DNA of 64,000 bases, taken from Dokdonella sp. GTDB lineage: Bacteria; Pseudomonadota; Gammaproteobacteria; Xanthomonadales; Rhodanobacteraceae. Within the stretch, counting starts at the first letter, position 1. Each line of letters begins with the position of its first letter. The DNA lies in contig JBDSXV010000089.1 of assembly GCA_039926025.1 (NCBI GenBank), positions 21,578 through 85,577 of the forward strand. The letters run 5' to 3'. A program made the translations under genes and the position numbers. This document shows positions 46,316-56,650 of this stretch, piece by piece. The notes under the pieces are model-generated. The model worked only from the letters and a program-made list of their open reading frames with translations, was not told the origin of the DNA and ran no database searches.

Positions 46316-47716
46316 TCAACGCTTGTCTTTCTTGGCCTTGCGGATCATCTTCGTGCGCCGGCGTTCCTGACTCTCGGTGAGCACATTGCGTTTGCCGGCA
46401 AACGGATTGTCGCTATCGCGGAATTCAATGCGGATCGGCGTGCCTTCGAGACGGTAGCGCTTGCGGAAGAAATTCTCGAGGTAGCGACGATAGCTTTCGG
46501 CAATGTGCTTGGTGCGCGCGCCGTGGATGATGATGGTGGGCGGATTCGCACCACCCGGATGTGCATACTTCAACTTCGGCGTATGACCGCGCGCGAGCGG
46601 CGGCTGATACGCCGTGTAAGCGGCCTGGACCGCTCGCGTGAGCTCGGACGATGTAAATTTGTGATTGGCCGAGGCGTAGGCACGATTGATGGCCTTCATC
46701 AATTCGCCGATGCCGCTCCCGTGCAGCGCGGAAATGAACACCTGGCGTGCCCATGTGGCGAACTCAAGCTTTCGCGACAACGACGCGATGCATTGCTCGC
46801 GACTGTATTTGTCCATGTCGTCCCACTTGTTCACCGCAAGTACGAGCGCGCGGCCCGACTCCAGTACATGGCCGATCAACGCGGTGTCCTGGTCGGCGAC
46901 GCCTTCGCGCGCGTCGAGCATCAGCACGGTGACGTGCGCCGCGTCCACCGATTGCAGCGCCTTGATCACGCTGAATTTCTCCAGCGCGTCCTCGACGCGC
47001 GCGCGGCGACGGATGCCAGCGGTGTCGATCAAGGTATAGCGCTTCCCATCACGTTCCAGCACGACGCGAATCGAATCGCGTGTGGTGCCGGCTACTTCGG
47101 AAGTGATCACACGCTCTTCGCCAAGCAGACGATTGACCAGCGTCGACTTGCCGGCATTCGGGCGACCGACAATCGCGACGCGGATACCTTCATCCGGCCG
47201 CGTCTCAAGAGGATCACCCTCTACTTTCGGCAGCAAGGTCTCCAGCGCAGCAAGCAAAGGCGTTGTGCCGCGACCGTGCGCGGCCGACATTGGCAGAGCA
47301 GAGGCCACCCCAAGTGCGGCGAACTCGGCCAGAGCCGTGTGCTCGTCGAGACCATCAACCTTGTTGACCAGCAACAGCATCGGCTTGGCGGCACGACGCA
47401 GTCGATCGAGGATGGTGCGATCGGTTGGCAGCAAACCATCGCGCGCATCGACGGTCAGCAGCACCACGTCGGCTTCGTCGATTGCAAATTCCGCCTGGCG
47501 CACGGTATGACTGTCCAGCCCCTGGGCGTTGTCCATCAAGCCGCCGGTGTCGACGATCACGAATGGAGCGGCCGCGAGACGGCAGATGCCGTAGTGGCGA
47601 TCACGCGTAACGCCGGGCAGGTCGTGGACGAGGGCGTCGCGCGTGCGCGTCAGTACGTTGAATAGCGTCGACTTGCCGACGTTGGGGCGCCCCACAAGGG
47701 CAACTACGGGAAGCAT
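46316..47716 (-). CDS. der: ribosome-associated GTPase Der (EngA)
   Basis: The start is MLPVVALVGRPNVGKSTLFN. Second G-domain VAIVGRPNAGKSTL, and a basic KH-like C-terminus. Confidence 0.95.
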   Translation of the reverse strand: MLPVVALVGRPNVGKSTLFNVLTRTRDALVHDLPGVTRDRHYGICRLAAAPFVIVDTGGLMDNAQGLDSHTVRQAEFAIDEADVVLLTVDARDGLLPTDRTILDRLRRAAKPMLLLVNKVDGLDEHTALAEFAALGVASALPMSAAHGRGTTPLLAALETLLPKVEGDPLETRPDEGIRVAIVGRPNAGKSTLVNRLLGEERVITSEVAGTTRDSIRVVLERDGKRYTLIDTAGIRRRARVEDALEKFSVIKALQSVDAAHVTVLMLDAREGVADQDTALIGHVLESGRALVLAVNKWDDMDKYSREQCIASLSRKLEFATWARQVFISALHGSGIGELMKAINRAYASANHKFTSSELTRAVQAAYTAYQPPLARGHTPKLKYAHPGGANPPTIIIHGARTKHIAESYRRYLENFFRKRYRLEGTPIRIEFRDSDNPFAGKRNVLTESQERRRTKMIRKAKKDKR

Positions 47717-47839
47717 TGCTGGCTCCGAAAGCGAAGTCCCTCCATCGGGCAAAACCAATGGAGGATGCGTCAATGGTGGCGCACGGCGATGCGTCGCGCG
47801 GGGCGCTGTGAATACGCCCTCGTTGAATTGCCGGCGATA

Positions 47840-49036
47840 TTACTGCCGGGCGCGATAAGCGCCGATATGTCCTTTCACGTCTTCGACGTAGAGCGTGCCG
47901 TCGACCACCAGCGGCGCACCTTCAATCGCCTTCCGACTGATCCGCTCACGCGCAGCGAACTTGCCTTCGCTCAGGCTGAGCCAATGCACATAGCCTTCGC
48001 TGTCACCGATCACCACGTATTGACCCTGAATTGCCGGAGCACTCAGCCAGCGATACTTGAGCTTGTCCTGCTTCCACAGATTGACGCCCGTCTCGCGATC
48101 GAACGCCCAGACATTGCCTTCCGCGTCGACGATGGCAACCGTGCTGCCGCTGACTGCCGCGCCGACATAACTCGACAGGTCGCGCTGCCACGCAGGCCGA
48201 CCGCTGTCCAGCGCAAGCGCGGCGAGTTGGCCACGATAGCCGGCGGCGTAGAGCACGCTCCCATCGGACACGATGCTGCCGTCAACGTCGGACAGGCGTT
48301 CAACCTCGGTCTTGCCCTCGCCGTTGGACAGCGATTGCGTCCACACTTCAGTGCCATCGGCCAGACGCACGGCAAAAACCTTGCCGTTGTCGAAACCATC
48401 GTAGACGACACCATTTGCGATCAGCGGCGCCGAATTTCCGCGCAGGCTGAGTGCTGGCACAGGCTGGTCAAAAATCCATTTGCGGCTGCCATCATTCGCA
48501 TCGAGCCCAATCAGATGACCGTCATTTGTACGCACGACCACGACCCCATCGGCGATCGCCGGTGCGGCAATGACTTCTGAACTCAGTTGCACATTCCAGC
48601 GCTCGGCGCCGTCCTGTGTCGACAATGCTTGGACTTGGCCATCGAGGCCTCCGACCACAAGCAGATCACCCTGCGCGGTGGGTCCGCCCGACCAGCGCAG
48701 TGAATTTTCAGTGCGTCGCCACCACCAGCCGTGGCGCTTGCCCAGATGCTTCTGCCAGATCGTGTGCCCGCTGGTGGCGTCGATCGCCTCGACGTCACCA
48801 TTTACGCTCGCCGCATACAAGCGGCCGTCCGCGCTTCCTGGCGAGAGGCGCGCGCCAGAAATGCCAGCACCCTTGCCGATGCCTTCGCTCCACACCTTTT
48901 CAATCTGCGTAGTCGGTGCGAACTCTGTCAGCGGAGTCGGCGGCTCGACGTTGTCCTTCTTGCCGAGACTCTTCAGCCAGGTGCAACCATTGAGCGCCGT
49001 GGCGAGCACGGCGATGACGAGCAGGGAACGCTTCAT
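47840..49036 (-). CDS. bamB: outer membrane protein assembly factor BamB
   Basis: 398 aa. Lipobox ALNGC and PQQ-like beta-propeller repeats. It sits between yfgM and der as in other gamma-proteobacteria. Confidence 0.9.
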   Translation of the reverse strand: MKRSLLVIAVLATALNGCTWLKSLGKKDNVEPPTPLTEFAPTTQIEKVWSEGIGKGAGISGARLSPGSADGRLYAASVNGDVEAIDATSGHTIWQKHLGKRHGWWWRRTENSLRWSGGPTAQGDLLVVGGLDGQVQALSTQDGAERWNVQLSSEVIAAPAIADGVVVVRTNDGHLIGLDANDGSRKWIFDQPVPALSLRGNSAPLIANGVVYDGFDNGKVFAVRLADGTEVWTQSLSNGEGKTEVERLSDVDGSIVSDGSVLYAAGYRGQLAALALDSGRPAWQRDLSSYVGAAVSGSTVAIVDAEGNVWAFDRETGVNLWKQDKLKYRWLSAPAIQGQYVVIGDSEGYVHWLSLSEGKFAARERISRKAIEGAPLVVDGTLYVEDVKGHIGAYRARQ

Positions 49037-49704
49037 GAGCCGACCTTTTCCGGCACAGACGGGCCAGCGGGGGTTGCGGCAAGATCGTCGAGCTTCATCT
49101 GCACCAAGCTGCGGTTGGTGGCCTGTGGATCGAGGTGTGACAGCGCGTCCTGATAAGCCGTGCGCGCCGCATCTGCACGCCCGAGCTTGGCCAATGCATC
49201 TCCCTTTGTCTCGCCAGCCAACGCGGCGTAGTCGTCCTTCGGCAAACCATCGATCAGTTTCAACGCCGAGTCGGCGTCACCCTGCGCCAACTTGACGCGT
49301 GCGAGCCGCAGGGTAGCAAGCGACTTCAGGCTGGCTGCACCCGCTTGTTGCTGCGCCCATTCGAGCGCGCTAGCCGCTCCGGCAAGATCGTTCTTCTTCG
49401 CGGCAGCATCGGCCTGAGCCATTGCCGCGAATACCGCGTACGCGGTCTCCGGGAAATCCTTGCGCAGCACGTCGGCAATCTTGTTGACGTCTTCGTCGTG
49501 TTTGGCCTCAACCGCGTCCGACAGCGCCTGATACTGCGCTGCGGCCTCCGAGGTGTGCCTTGCGCGGTGCGACTTCCACTGCTGCCAGCCGAAAATCAGG
49601 ACGAGACCCAATGCAATCCCGACTGCGATCGACAGCGCATTCTCGCGCAACCATTTCTGGACCAGTTCACCTTGTTCGTGTTCGTCGAGAACGTCGAAAG
49701 ACAT
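49033..49704 (-). CDS. yfgM: YfgM-family membrane-anchored TPR-like protein
   Basis: The start is MSFDVLDEHEQGELVQKWLRENALSIAVGIALGLVLIFGW (N-terminal anchor) with an AGGTGA SD. It has a 4-nt overlap with the bamB start. Confidence 0.75.
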   Translation of the reverse strand: MSFDVLDEHEQGELVQKWLRENALSIAVGIALGLVLIFGWQQWKSHRARHTSEAAAQYQALSDAVEAKHDEDVNKIADVLRKDFPETAYAVFAAMAQADAAAKKNDLAGAASALEWAQQQAGAASLKSLATLRLARVKLAQGDADSALKLIDGLPKDDYAALAGETKGDALAKLGRADAARTAYQDALSHLDPQATNRSLVQMKLDDLAATPAGPSVPEKVGS

Positions 49705-49718
49705 GCATTCACCTGGGG

Positions 49719-49760
49719 AAAAACAAAAAATACGACAGCGACCGCGCCAGCGGGCGGTCG
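49719..49760 (-). terminator. Hairpin plus T-rich tract between rodZ and yfgM (possible intrinsic terminator or attenuator)
   Basis: The reverse strand reads CGACCGCccgctggcGCGGTCG, then 8 nt, then TTTTTTGTTTTT. The T tract ends about 15 nt before the yfgM ATG. The stem is short and the T tract is not contiguous with it. Confidence 0.4.
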
Positions 49761-49837
49761 AAAGGCGCACAAGGGTAGCAGGAAACAGCGCTGACGCGAC
49801 CTCTATGGCCGCTGGGCTGCGGCACAGTCAGGTGGCG

Positions 49838-50950
49838 TTACTGATCGATCCGGCTGACGCCAGCCCCGGCTTCGCCGAACACCCTTACATGCGCCACATT
49901 CCCGCGCTGGAATGGCGTCAGGTCAATTGCGGCACCATCCGTGCGCAACTGTGCACCTTGCGCGTTGCCAAGCCGCACTGAAAGCTGGCTGTCACTGCGA
50001 TAGCTGTGTTCGCTGCCGGCAGCAAGCATGCTGTATTCGAGCTTGCGTCCGTCAGCCGTTGTGATCTCGACCCAGCTTTGCTGGCTGAGCTTGAGGCTCA
50101 AGGTATGCGCACCACTTCCGGTCGCATTTGCTGGCGGAGCGACTTCCTCAGGCGCCGGATCCACGGCTGGCGCCGGCGTGGCCGCGAAAGGGGTCATCGA
50201 AGCAATCACCGGTGGTGGGTCGACCGACACGCTCGGCGCCGGTGTGGTCATGGACGCTGTGGCAACGGATGTACCGGACGCGGTATCGTCAGTGGACGAT
50301 GGAGCCGCCGAGTTGCCAACCGGTTCGCGTACCGGAATTGATACGATGTTCGCTGGCGCATCCAGTGGCGTCGTGCGGGCCAGGTTCTGCTCCAGTCCGC
50401 CGTGCGTCGCCAGCCATACGGCCGGCACCACGATGATCGCGGTCAAGACCAGATAGGTGGCGCTCACCGAATAACGATCGAACAAATATCGCGAACGCGA
50501 AATCGTGCCGGTCGCAATCAGCGGAGCGGTTTGCGTATGCGCGGCAGCGACGCTCGTCGCCTGCTCGACGCAAACACCCACCAGACGCGCATAGCTGCGC
50601 AAATATCCGCGCAGGAAGACGCCATCGGAGAGACCTTCGTAGTCGTCGCACTCAAGCCGCTCGATCAACTTGAGTGGCAACTTCAAGCGGTTGGCCACAT
50701 CGGCACGACTCCAGTTGCGTGTCTCGCGCGCAGAGCACAACCGCTGCCCAAGCGGAGCGCTGGCGCGATCATAGAGCTCGATGACTGGCACATTCGTGCC
50801 GTCGGCTGGCGTGGACTCGTTCAATTCACTGGTCTCTGCGACTCTCATTACTCGCGTTCCTCTGGACAAGGGCAGCATCAACTGGCCGCCACTTTCGTCG
50901 TTGGTGTCTTCGGTGACGCTCGTTGGCTGCCGGCCGCCATGTACGGTCAT
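49838..50950 (-). CDS. rodZ: cytoskeleton protein RodZ (HTH + TM + Pro/Ala-rich linker + C-terminal domain)
   Basis: HTH LGQRLCSARETRNWSRADVANRLKLPLKLIERLE, GVFLRGYLRSYARLV, and a TM segment. The start is either 50950 (ATGA overlap with pilW) or 50848 (MRVAETS). Confidence 0.8.
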   Translation of the reverse strand: MTVHGGRQPTSVTEDTNDESGGQLMLPLSRGTRVMRVAETSELNESTPADGTNVPVIELYDRASAPLGQRLCSARETRNWSRADVANRLKLPLKLIERLECDDYEGLSDGVFLRGYLRSYARLVGVCVEQATSVAAAHTQTAPLIATGTISRSRYLFDRYSVSATYLVLTAIIVVPAVWLATHGGLEQNLARTTPLDAPANIVSIPVREPVGNSAAPSSTDDTASGTSVATASMTTPAPSVSVDPPPVIASMTPFAATPAPAVDPAPEEVAPPANATGSGAHTLSLKLSQQSWVEITTADGRKLEYSMLAAGSEHSYRSDSQLSVRLGNAQGAQLRTDGAAIDLTPFQRGNVAHVRVFGEAGAGVSRIDQ

Positions 50951-51735
50951 GACTGGCTTTGCACGCTCAGGGAGCGGGCTTGCTCCGATTCCGGAAAATC
51001 CTGCATCAACTTGCGGGTGTAGTCGCCAGCTGCACGACCATTGCCCAAACGCAATTCGATATTGCGACCGAGCAACAGTGCGTCGGGTCGCGACTGCGCT
51101 GTCGCTTCAAAACGCTGCATGAACGCGCGCGCCTTGAAATACTCGCCCTTGTCGTACAGTACCGAGGCAAGCTGCACCAAAGCTTCGCTTTCATTTGGAA
51201 GGAGATCGAGCGCCTTGCGCAGGGAAGCCTCGGCCGCATCACGCTTGCCTGCTTTCAACAGGCAGGTACCGGCATTGGTCAATGCGACCGCGGGCGTCTT
51301 GTAGAACGGATCGGTAAGCGCGCGGTCAAAATACACCTGCGACTCGTCGTAGCGGCCAAGCTTGCACAGGAAGGTGCCATAGTTGTTGAGTACGTTGCCG
51401 CCCTTGGGCTTGAGCTCCGCCGCACGCCGATAGTGCTCTTCTGCTTTCACCGGATCGTTGATGTTCTCGTACAGCAGGGCGACGACGGTATGTGCATCCA
51501 CATAGTCTGGGTCTACCGACAGTGCCCTGGTCAGCTTTTCCAGTGCAATTTCAAGCTTGCCCTGCTGCAAGTATTTCTGGCCGAGCTCCGTGTTCACGCG
51601 CGCTGCATCTTCGCGCTGGGTCGCCGGATCGTCAGGTTTGAGCTTGCTGCCGCCGCCACCCAGGCAGCCCGACAGCAGCGCGACCGACGCACTCAGCGCA
51701 ATCGCCAGTAGTCCGTGTTCACGCGGCATCGGCAA
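50947..51735 (-). CDS. pilW: type IV pilus biogenesis/stability TPR lipoprotein PilW (PilF of Pseudomonas)
   Basis: 262 aa. Lipobox LLSGC and TPR repeats ([23 protein letters not shown]...). It has the conserved position between rlmN and rodZ. Confidence 0.85.
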   Translation of the reverse strand: MPMPREHGLLAIALSASVALLSGCLGGGGSKLKPDDPATQREDAARVNTELGQKYLQQGKLEIALEKLTRALSVDPDYVDAHTVVALLYENINDPVKAEEHYRRAAELKPKGGNVLNNYGTFLCKLGRYDESQVYFDRALTDPFYKTPAVALTNAGTCLLKAGKRDAAEASLRKALDLLPNESEALVQLASVLYDKGEYFKARAFMQRFEATAQSRPDALLLGRNIELRLGNGRAAGDYTRKLMQDFPESEQARSLSVQSQS

Positions 51736-52939
51736 CGCCCCCTTCCAGCTTGCGCAGGAATTCGGCCTGGCGCCGCGTACGGTCAGTGACCTGGCCCTTT
51801 AGCTGGCCACAGGCCGCGTCGATATCATCGCCACGCGTTCGCCGGACCATGGTCAGCACATTCGCATCGAGCAGTATTTTTTGGAATGCCCGGATCACGT
51901 CCTCGTCGGAGCGCGTGTAACGCGTACCATGGAAAGGGTTGAACGGAATCAGGTTCACCTTCGATGGCAAGCGACGCATCAGCTTGATCAGCTGACGCGC
52001 ATGCTCCGGCTTGTCGTTGACATCCTTGAGCATCGTGTACTCGAAAGTAATAGAAGCGCGCGGGCGCTGAGCCACGTATCGCGCGCAGGCGTCGAGCAGT
52101 TCGTCGATCGGATACTTCTTGTTAAGCGGCACCAGCTGAGTGCGCAGCTCGTCGTTCGGCGCATGCAGCGAGACTGCCAGCGAGACGTCAGCAACTTCAC
52201 CCAACTTGTCGATCATCGGCACCAGGCCCGCGGTCGACAGCGTGACGCGCTTGTTCGCGAGACCGAAACCGAGGTCATCGCGCATCACGCTCATCGCAGT
52301 CACGACATTGTCGAAGTTCAACAACGGTTCGCCCATACCCATCATCACGACGTTGGTGAGCTTGCGCTGATGATGCGGAACGTTACCGAGATATTTTGCC
52401 GCAACCCAGACCTGGCCAATGATTTCCGCTGCGGAAAGATTGCGGTTGAAGCCCTGGGTGCCGGTGGAGCAGAACGTACACGCGAGACCACAGCCGATTT
52501 GCGAGGACACACACAAGGTTCCGCGCGAGGTTTCCGGAATGAACACCGCCTCGATCGCGTTGCGGCCATCCATTCCGAGCAGCCATTTGTGCGTTCCGTC
52601 CACCGCCTGTTTTTCAAGCAACGTATTCGGTGGGACAATTTCGATCGCATCGACCAGTTTGTCGCGCAAAGCCTTGCCCACATCGGTCATCTGCGCGAAA
52701 TCGGTGACGTGTCGGTGATAAACCCATTTCATCACCTGATCGGCGCGATACGGCTTCTCGCCGAGTTGAGCGAACAGGTTGCGCAATCCCTGCCGGTCGT
52801 AGTCGAGCAGATTGAACCTGACCGGCGACACCGCCTGGCGCGCGGCGGATGGCGCGCTCGTCGTCGTCGAGTCGGGACCTGGGCCGGACTCGGCGAGCAA
52901 ATGCTGGACGGGCTGTTCAATCATTTGCATGAGTCGCAA
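51719..52939 (-). CDS. rlmN: 23S rRNA/tRNA (adenine-C2)-methyltransferase, radical SAM
   Basis: 406 aa. [18 protein letters not shown] (CxxxCxxC), MGMGEPL, and a C-terminal ACGQL. Confidence 0.95.
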   Translation of the reverse strand: MRLMQMIEQPVQHLLAESGPGPDSTTTSAPSAARQAVSPVRFNLLDYDRQGLRNLFAQLGEKPYRADQVMKWVYHRHVTDFAQMTDVGKALRDKLVDAIEIVPPNTLLEKQAVDGTHKWLLGMDGRNAIEAVFIPETSRGTLCVSSQIGCGLACTFCSTGTQGFNRNLSAAEIIGQVWVAAKYLGNVPHHQRKLTNVVMMGMGEPLLNFDNVVTAMSVMRDDLGFGLANKRVTLSTAGLVPMIDKLGEVADVSLAVSLHAPNDELRTQLVPLNKKYPIDELLDACARYVAQRPRASITFEYTMLKDVNDKPEHARQLIKLMRRLPSKVNLIPFNPFHGTRYTRSDEDVIRAFQKILLDANVLTMVRRTRGDDIDAACGQLKGQVTDRTRRQAEFLRKLEGGVADAA

Positions 52940-53365
52940 TCAACGTGGGCAGATTTCGGTATCTGCGAAAAAGTACGCGATTTCCACTTTTGCAGCATCC
53001 ACTGCATCCGAACCATGCACCGCATTCGCGTCGATCGACGTCGCAAAATCCGCACGGATCGTGCCGGGCGCAGCTTCTTTCGGATTCGTGGCTCCCATCA
53101 GGTCGCGATGCTTGAGCACGGCGTTCTCGCCGGCGAGCGCCTGGATCATGACCGGGCCGGAAATCATGAATTCGACCAGCGCGTTGAAGAACGGACGCTC
53201 ACGATGAACCGCATAGAAGCCCTCGGCTTCCGTGCGCGAAAGATGCTTCATCTTCGCAGCGATGACCTTGAGGCCCGCCTTCTCGAAGCGGGTGTAAATC
53301 TCGCCGATGACGTTCTTTGCGACCGCGTCGGGTTTGATGATGGAAAGAGTGCGCTCCAGCGCCAT
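52940..53365 (-). CDS. ndk: nucleoside diphosphate kinase
   Basis: 141 aa. [15 protein letters not shown] and active-site NAVHGSD. Confidence 0.97.
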   Translation of the reverse strand: MALERTLSIIKPDAVAKNVIGEIYTRFEKAGLKVIAAKMKHLSRTEAEGFYAVHRERPFFNALVEFMISGPVMIQALAGENAVLKHRDLMGATNPKEAAPGTIRADFATSIDANAVHGSDAVDAAKVEIAYFFADTEICPR

Positions 53366-53545
53366 GCCGGGATCTCCAAAGGGTCAGGTTTCAGGGGGAA
53401 CGGCCCAAGTCGCCGTTATAACGCTAAATCCACGCCAATCCGCGGGCTTAGCTCACATTATCGCTTAGGATTCTAGCTAATTTTCGGCAAAGTTGACACT
53501 CCAGCGAGCTTCCCGTTTGACCAGCGGTGGGGGCTCGCCTACTAT

Positions 53546-53561
53546 TCAAACGATCGTTTGA
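53546..53561. promoter_or_regulatory. Perfect 16-bp palindrome TCAAACGATCGTTTGA; candidate PsrA-type TetR operator at the regulator's own 5' end
   Basis: Read directly. It matches the published Pseudomonas PsrA half-site pattern (C/G)AAAC-N2-4-GTTT(G/C) with N4 = GATC. It overlaps the first candidate (TTG) start of the TetR gene. Confidence 0.6.
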
Positions 53562-54205
53562 TTCGTGAATGGCAGACCTTGCGCCCACTACAGCCCAATT
53601 TTTCGACCAGGGAGCGCATCCTTGGCGTCGCCGAAACGCTGTTCGCACGGCACGGATTTGCGGGTGCGTCGCTGCGTCAGGTCACCGCGGCGGCGAAGGT
53701 CAATCTGGCGGCCGTAAACTACCACTTCGGCTCGAAGGTAAGCCTGATCGAAGAGGTATTCCGGCGCCGTCTCGATGAACTGAACCTGCATCGGCTTACC
53801 GCATTGGCCGCGATCGAGGCGAATCCCTTGCGCACGCTAGAGGATGTGCTCGATGCGTTCATCCGCCCCGCTCTGGAGCAGTCCATGGACAGCACGGGCG
53901 GCACCGCGTTCGTACGCGTGCTTGCGCGCGCGTATGCCGAACATGACGAACGTCTGCGCAAGTTCCTGTCCGACAATTACGGCCATGTGCTGCGTGAGTT
54001 TGCGGGCGCGTTTTCGAAGCTTCTGCCGCGTTTGAGCAAGGACGAGCTGTACTGGCGACTGGACATTGTTGCGGGCGCCCTCACGTACGCAATGGCCGAT
54101 TTCGGCATGATCAAGCGCAAGAGCAACGTCAGCGAACAGAGCCATCGCGAACAGAGCGCCCAGCATCTGGTGCGCTTCGCCGCAGCCGGCCTGCGGGCGG
54201 AATAA
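53558..54205 (+). CDS. TetR-family transcriptional regulator (PsrA/FadR-like by context)
   Basis: HTH RILGVAETLFARHGFAGASLRQVTAAAKVNLAAVNYHFGSK. It lies directly upstream of the fatty-acid oxidation genes. The start is uncertain (TTG at 53558 or 53579). Confidence 0.8.
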   Translation: MIREWQTLRPLQPNFSTRERILGVAETLFARHGFAGASLRQVTAAAKVNLAAVNYHFGSKVSLIEEVFRRRLDELNLHRLTALAAIEANPLRTLEDVLDAFIRPALEQSMDSTGGTAFVRVLARAYAEHDERLRKFLSDNYGHVLREFAGAFSKLLPRLSKDELYWRLDIVAGALTYAMADFGMIKRKSNVSEQSHREQSAQHLVRFAAAGLRAE

Positions 54206-54276
54206 TCCCTGCCAACCGCCTTCAAACGGCGGCCACCACGACCGCACTTTTTCAAGTTTGTCCTGAGAGGTTTTGC

Positions 54277-56649
54277 ATGAATATTGTTCCCCTTCGTATC
54301 CGAAAGGTGGCGGTTCTGGGTGCCGGCGTCATGGGCGCGCAGATCGCTGCCCACCTCGCCAATGCCGATGTCGAGACCTTGCTGTTCGACCTGCCGGCCA
54401 AGGACGGCGACAAGAACGGCATTGCGAACAAGGCCATCGCGAATCTGGCCAGGCTTTCGCCCGCGCCGCTGGCGGAGAAATCGAAGGTTGCCGCGATCAC
54501 CGCGGCCAACTATGACGACAACCTCGACGCCTTGAAGGGCTGTGACCTCGTCATCGAAGCAATCGCCGAACGGCTCGAGTGGAAGCTCGATCTCTACAAG
54601 AAGATAACGCCCTATCTATCTGATTCTGTTGTAGTCGCGAGCAATACGTCTGGCCTCTCGATCAACACGTTGGCCGAAGCATTGCCGGCCAAACTGCGCC
54701 CGCGCTTCAGCGGCATCCATTTCTTCAATCCGCCGCGCTACATGCATCTGGTCGAGCTGATCCCGGACCAGAAGACCGATCGAGACGTGCTGGCCGGTCT
54801 CGAAGCGTTCCTCACGACAACCTTGGGCAAAGGCGTCGTGTATGCGAAGGACACCCCGAACTTCATCGGCAACCGTATCGGCGTGTTCTCGATCCTCGCA
54901 ACGATGCACCACACCGATGCGTTCGGCCTGGGTTTCGATCTCGTCGATGCGCTGACGGGGCCGGCAATCGGGCGACCGAAGAGTGCGACCTACCGCACCG
55001 CGGACGTGGTCGGCCTCGACACGATGGCGCACGTGATCAAGACGATGGCCGACACCTTGCCCAACGATCCGTGGCATGCCCACTTCGAGGCACCGGCATG
55101 GCTGTCCGCATTGATCGCGAAGGGAGCCCTCGGGCAGAAGGCGGGCGCCGGCATCTACACCAAGCGCGGCAAGGACATCGTCGTGCTGGATCTGGCGAAG
55201 CAGGACTACGTGCCGTCGGCGGCCAAGGCTTCCGATGAGGTCGCTGCCATCCTTGCGATCAGGAATCCGTCCGAAAAATTCGGCAAGCTGCGCGCATCGA
55301 ACGATCCACAAGCGCAGTTTCTGTGGGCGGTGTTCCGCGACCTGTTCCACTACGCGGCGTGCCATCTGGCTGACATCGCTGAAACTGCGCGCGACGTCGA
55401 TTTCGCGATCCGCTGGGGCTACGGCTGGAAGCTCGGTCCGTTCGAGACCTGGCAGTCAGCCGGCTGGGCGGATGTGGGGAGTTGGATCGCCGAGGACATT
55501 GCAGCTGGCAAGGCGATGAGCAACGCTCCCCTGCCCGACTGGGTCAGCAAGGTCGACGGTGTGCATCACGCGACAGGTTCCTATTCGCCGCGCACCGGCA
55601 AGGACGAGCCGCGTTCGAACCATCCCGTCTACCAGCGCCAGCTGTTCCCGGATGCGTTGATCGGCGAGAAGTTCGACACCGGCACGACGCTGTGGGAGAA
55701 CGATGGCGTGCGCCTGTGGTCGCTCGGCGACGACGGCATCGGCATTCTCTCGTTCAAGACCAAGATGAATACGGTCAACGACGCGGTGCTCGATGGCGTG
55801 CAGCAGGCAATCGACTACGCAGAAAAGAATCTGAAGGCGGTCGTGATCTGGCAGAGCGGCGATGCATTCTCTGCCGGTGCGGATCTGAAAGGCATGCTCG
55901 GCATGGTGCAGGCCGGCAAGATCGACGCACTGGAATCGATGATCGCGAATTTTCAGCGCACCAGCATGCGCATCAAGTATGCGCTGGTGCCCGTTGTCGC
56001 GGCGGTGCGCGGCCTCGCCCTCGGCGGCGGCTGCGAGTTCCAGATGCACAGTGCGCGTACCGTCGCCGCACTGGAAAGCTATATCGGTCTCGTTGAAGCC
56101 GGTGTCGGTCTGCTCCCAGCCGGCGGTGGATTGAAGGAAATCGCGACGCGCGCATCGCAGCGCGCGTCCGATGGCGATGCGTTCCCCGAGATCAAGCGCA
56201 TGTTCGAGGCAGTCGCAATGGCGAAGTTGTCCGGCAGCGCACTCGAAGCGAAGCAGATGGGCGTGCTGCGCGACAGCGATGTGATCGTGTTCAACGGGTT
56301 TGAATTGCTGTACGTGGCGAAGAAGGTCGCCGCCGCTCTGGCTGAATCGGGTTATCGCCCGCCCCTGCCTGCGCGCGATGTGAGCGTGGCCGGGGATGTC
56401 GGCACCGCGACCTTGAAGATGATGCTGGTGAACATGCTTGAAGGCCGTTTCATTTCGCCGCACGACTACGAGATCGCGTCGCGCATCGCCGACAGCCTTT
56501 GCGGTGGCGTCATCGAACGCGGATCGCAGGTCGACGAAAAATGGTTGCTCGATCTCGAGCGCAAGCATTTCTTCGAACTCGCGCAGATGCCGAAGACGCA
56601 GGAGCGCATCCAGCACACGCTGACGACCGGCAAGCCGCTTAGAAACTGA
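54277..56649 (+). CDS. bifunctional 3-hydroxyacyl-CoA dehydrogenase / enoyl-CoA hydratase (fatty-acid oxidation alpha subunit; HADH N-terminal, crotonase C-terminal)
   Basis: 790 aa. Rossmann VAVLGAGVMGAQIA, and a C-terminal crotonase block GDAFSAGADLK. Confidence 0.92.
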   Translation: MNIVPLRIRKVAVLGAGVMGAQIAAHLANADVETLLFDLPAKDGDKNGIANKAIANLARLSPAPLAEKSKVAAITAANYDDNLDALKGCDLVIEAIAERLEWKLDLYKKITPYLSDSVVVASNTSGLSINTLAEALPAKLRPRFSGIHFFNPPRYMHLVELIPDQKTDRDVLAGLEAFLTTTLGKGVVYAKDTPNFIGNRIGVFSILATMHHTDAFGLGFDLVDALTGPAIGRPKSATYRTADVVGLDTMAHVIKTMADTLPNDPWHAHFEAPAWLSALIAKGALGQKAGAGIYTKRGKDIVVLDLAKQDYVPSAAKASDEVAAILAIRNPSEKFGKLRASNDPQAQFLWAVFRDLFHYAACHLADIAETARDVDFAIRWGYGWKLGPFETWQSAGWADVGSWIAEDIAAGKAMSNAPLPDWVSKVDGVHHATGSYSPRTGKDEPRSNHPVYQRQLFPDALIGEKFDTGTTLWENDGVRLWSLGDDGIGILSFKTKMNTVNDAVLDGVQQAIDYAEKNLKAVVIWQSGDAFSAGADLKGMLGMVQAGKIDALESMIANFQRTSMRIKYALVPVVAAVRGLALGGGCEFQMHSARTVAALESYIGLVEAGVGLLPAGGGLKEIATRASQRASDGDAFPEIKRMFEAVAMAKLSGSALEAKQMGVLRDSDVIVFNGFELLYVAKKVAAALAESGYRPPLPARDVSVAGDVGTATLKMMLVNMLEGRFISPHDYEIASRIADSLCGGVIERGSQVDEKWLLDLERKHFFELAQMPKTQERIQHTLTTGKPLRN

Positions 56650-56650
56650 G

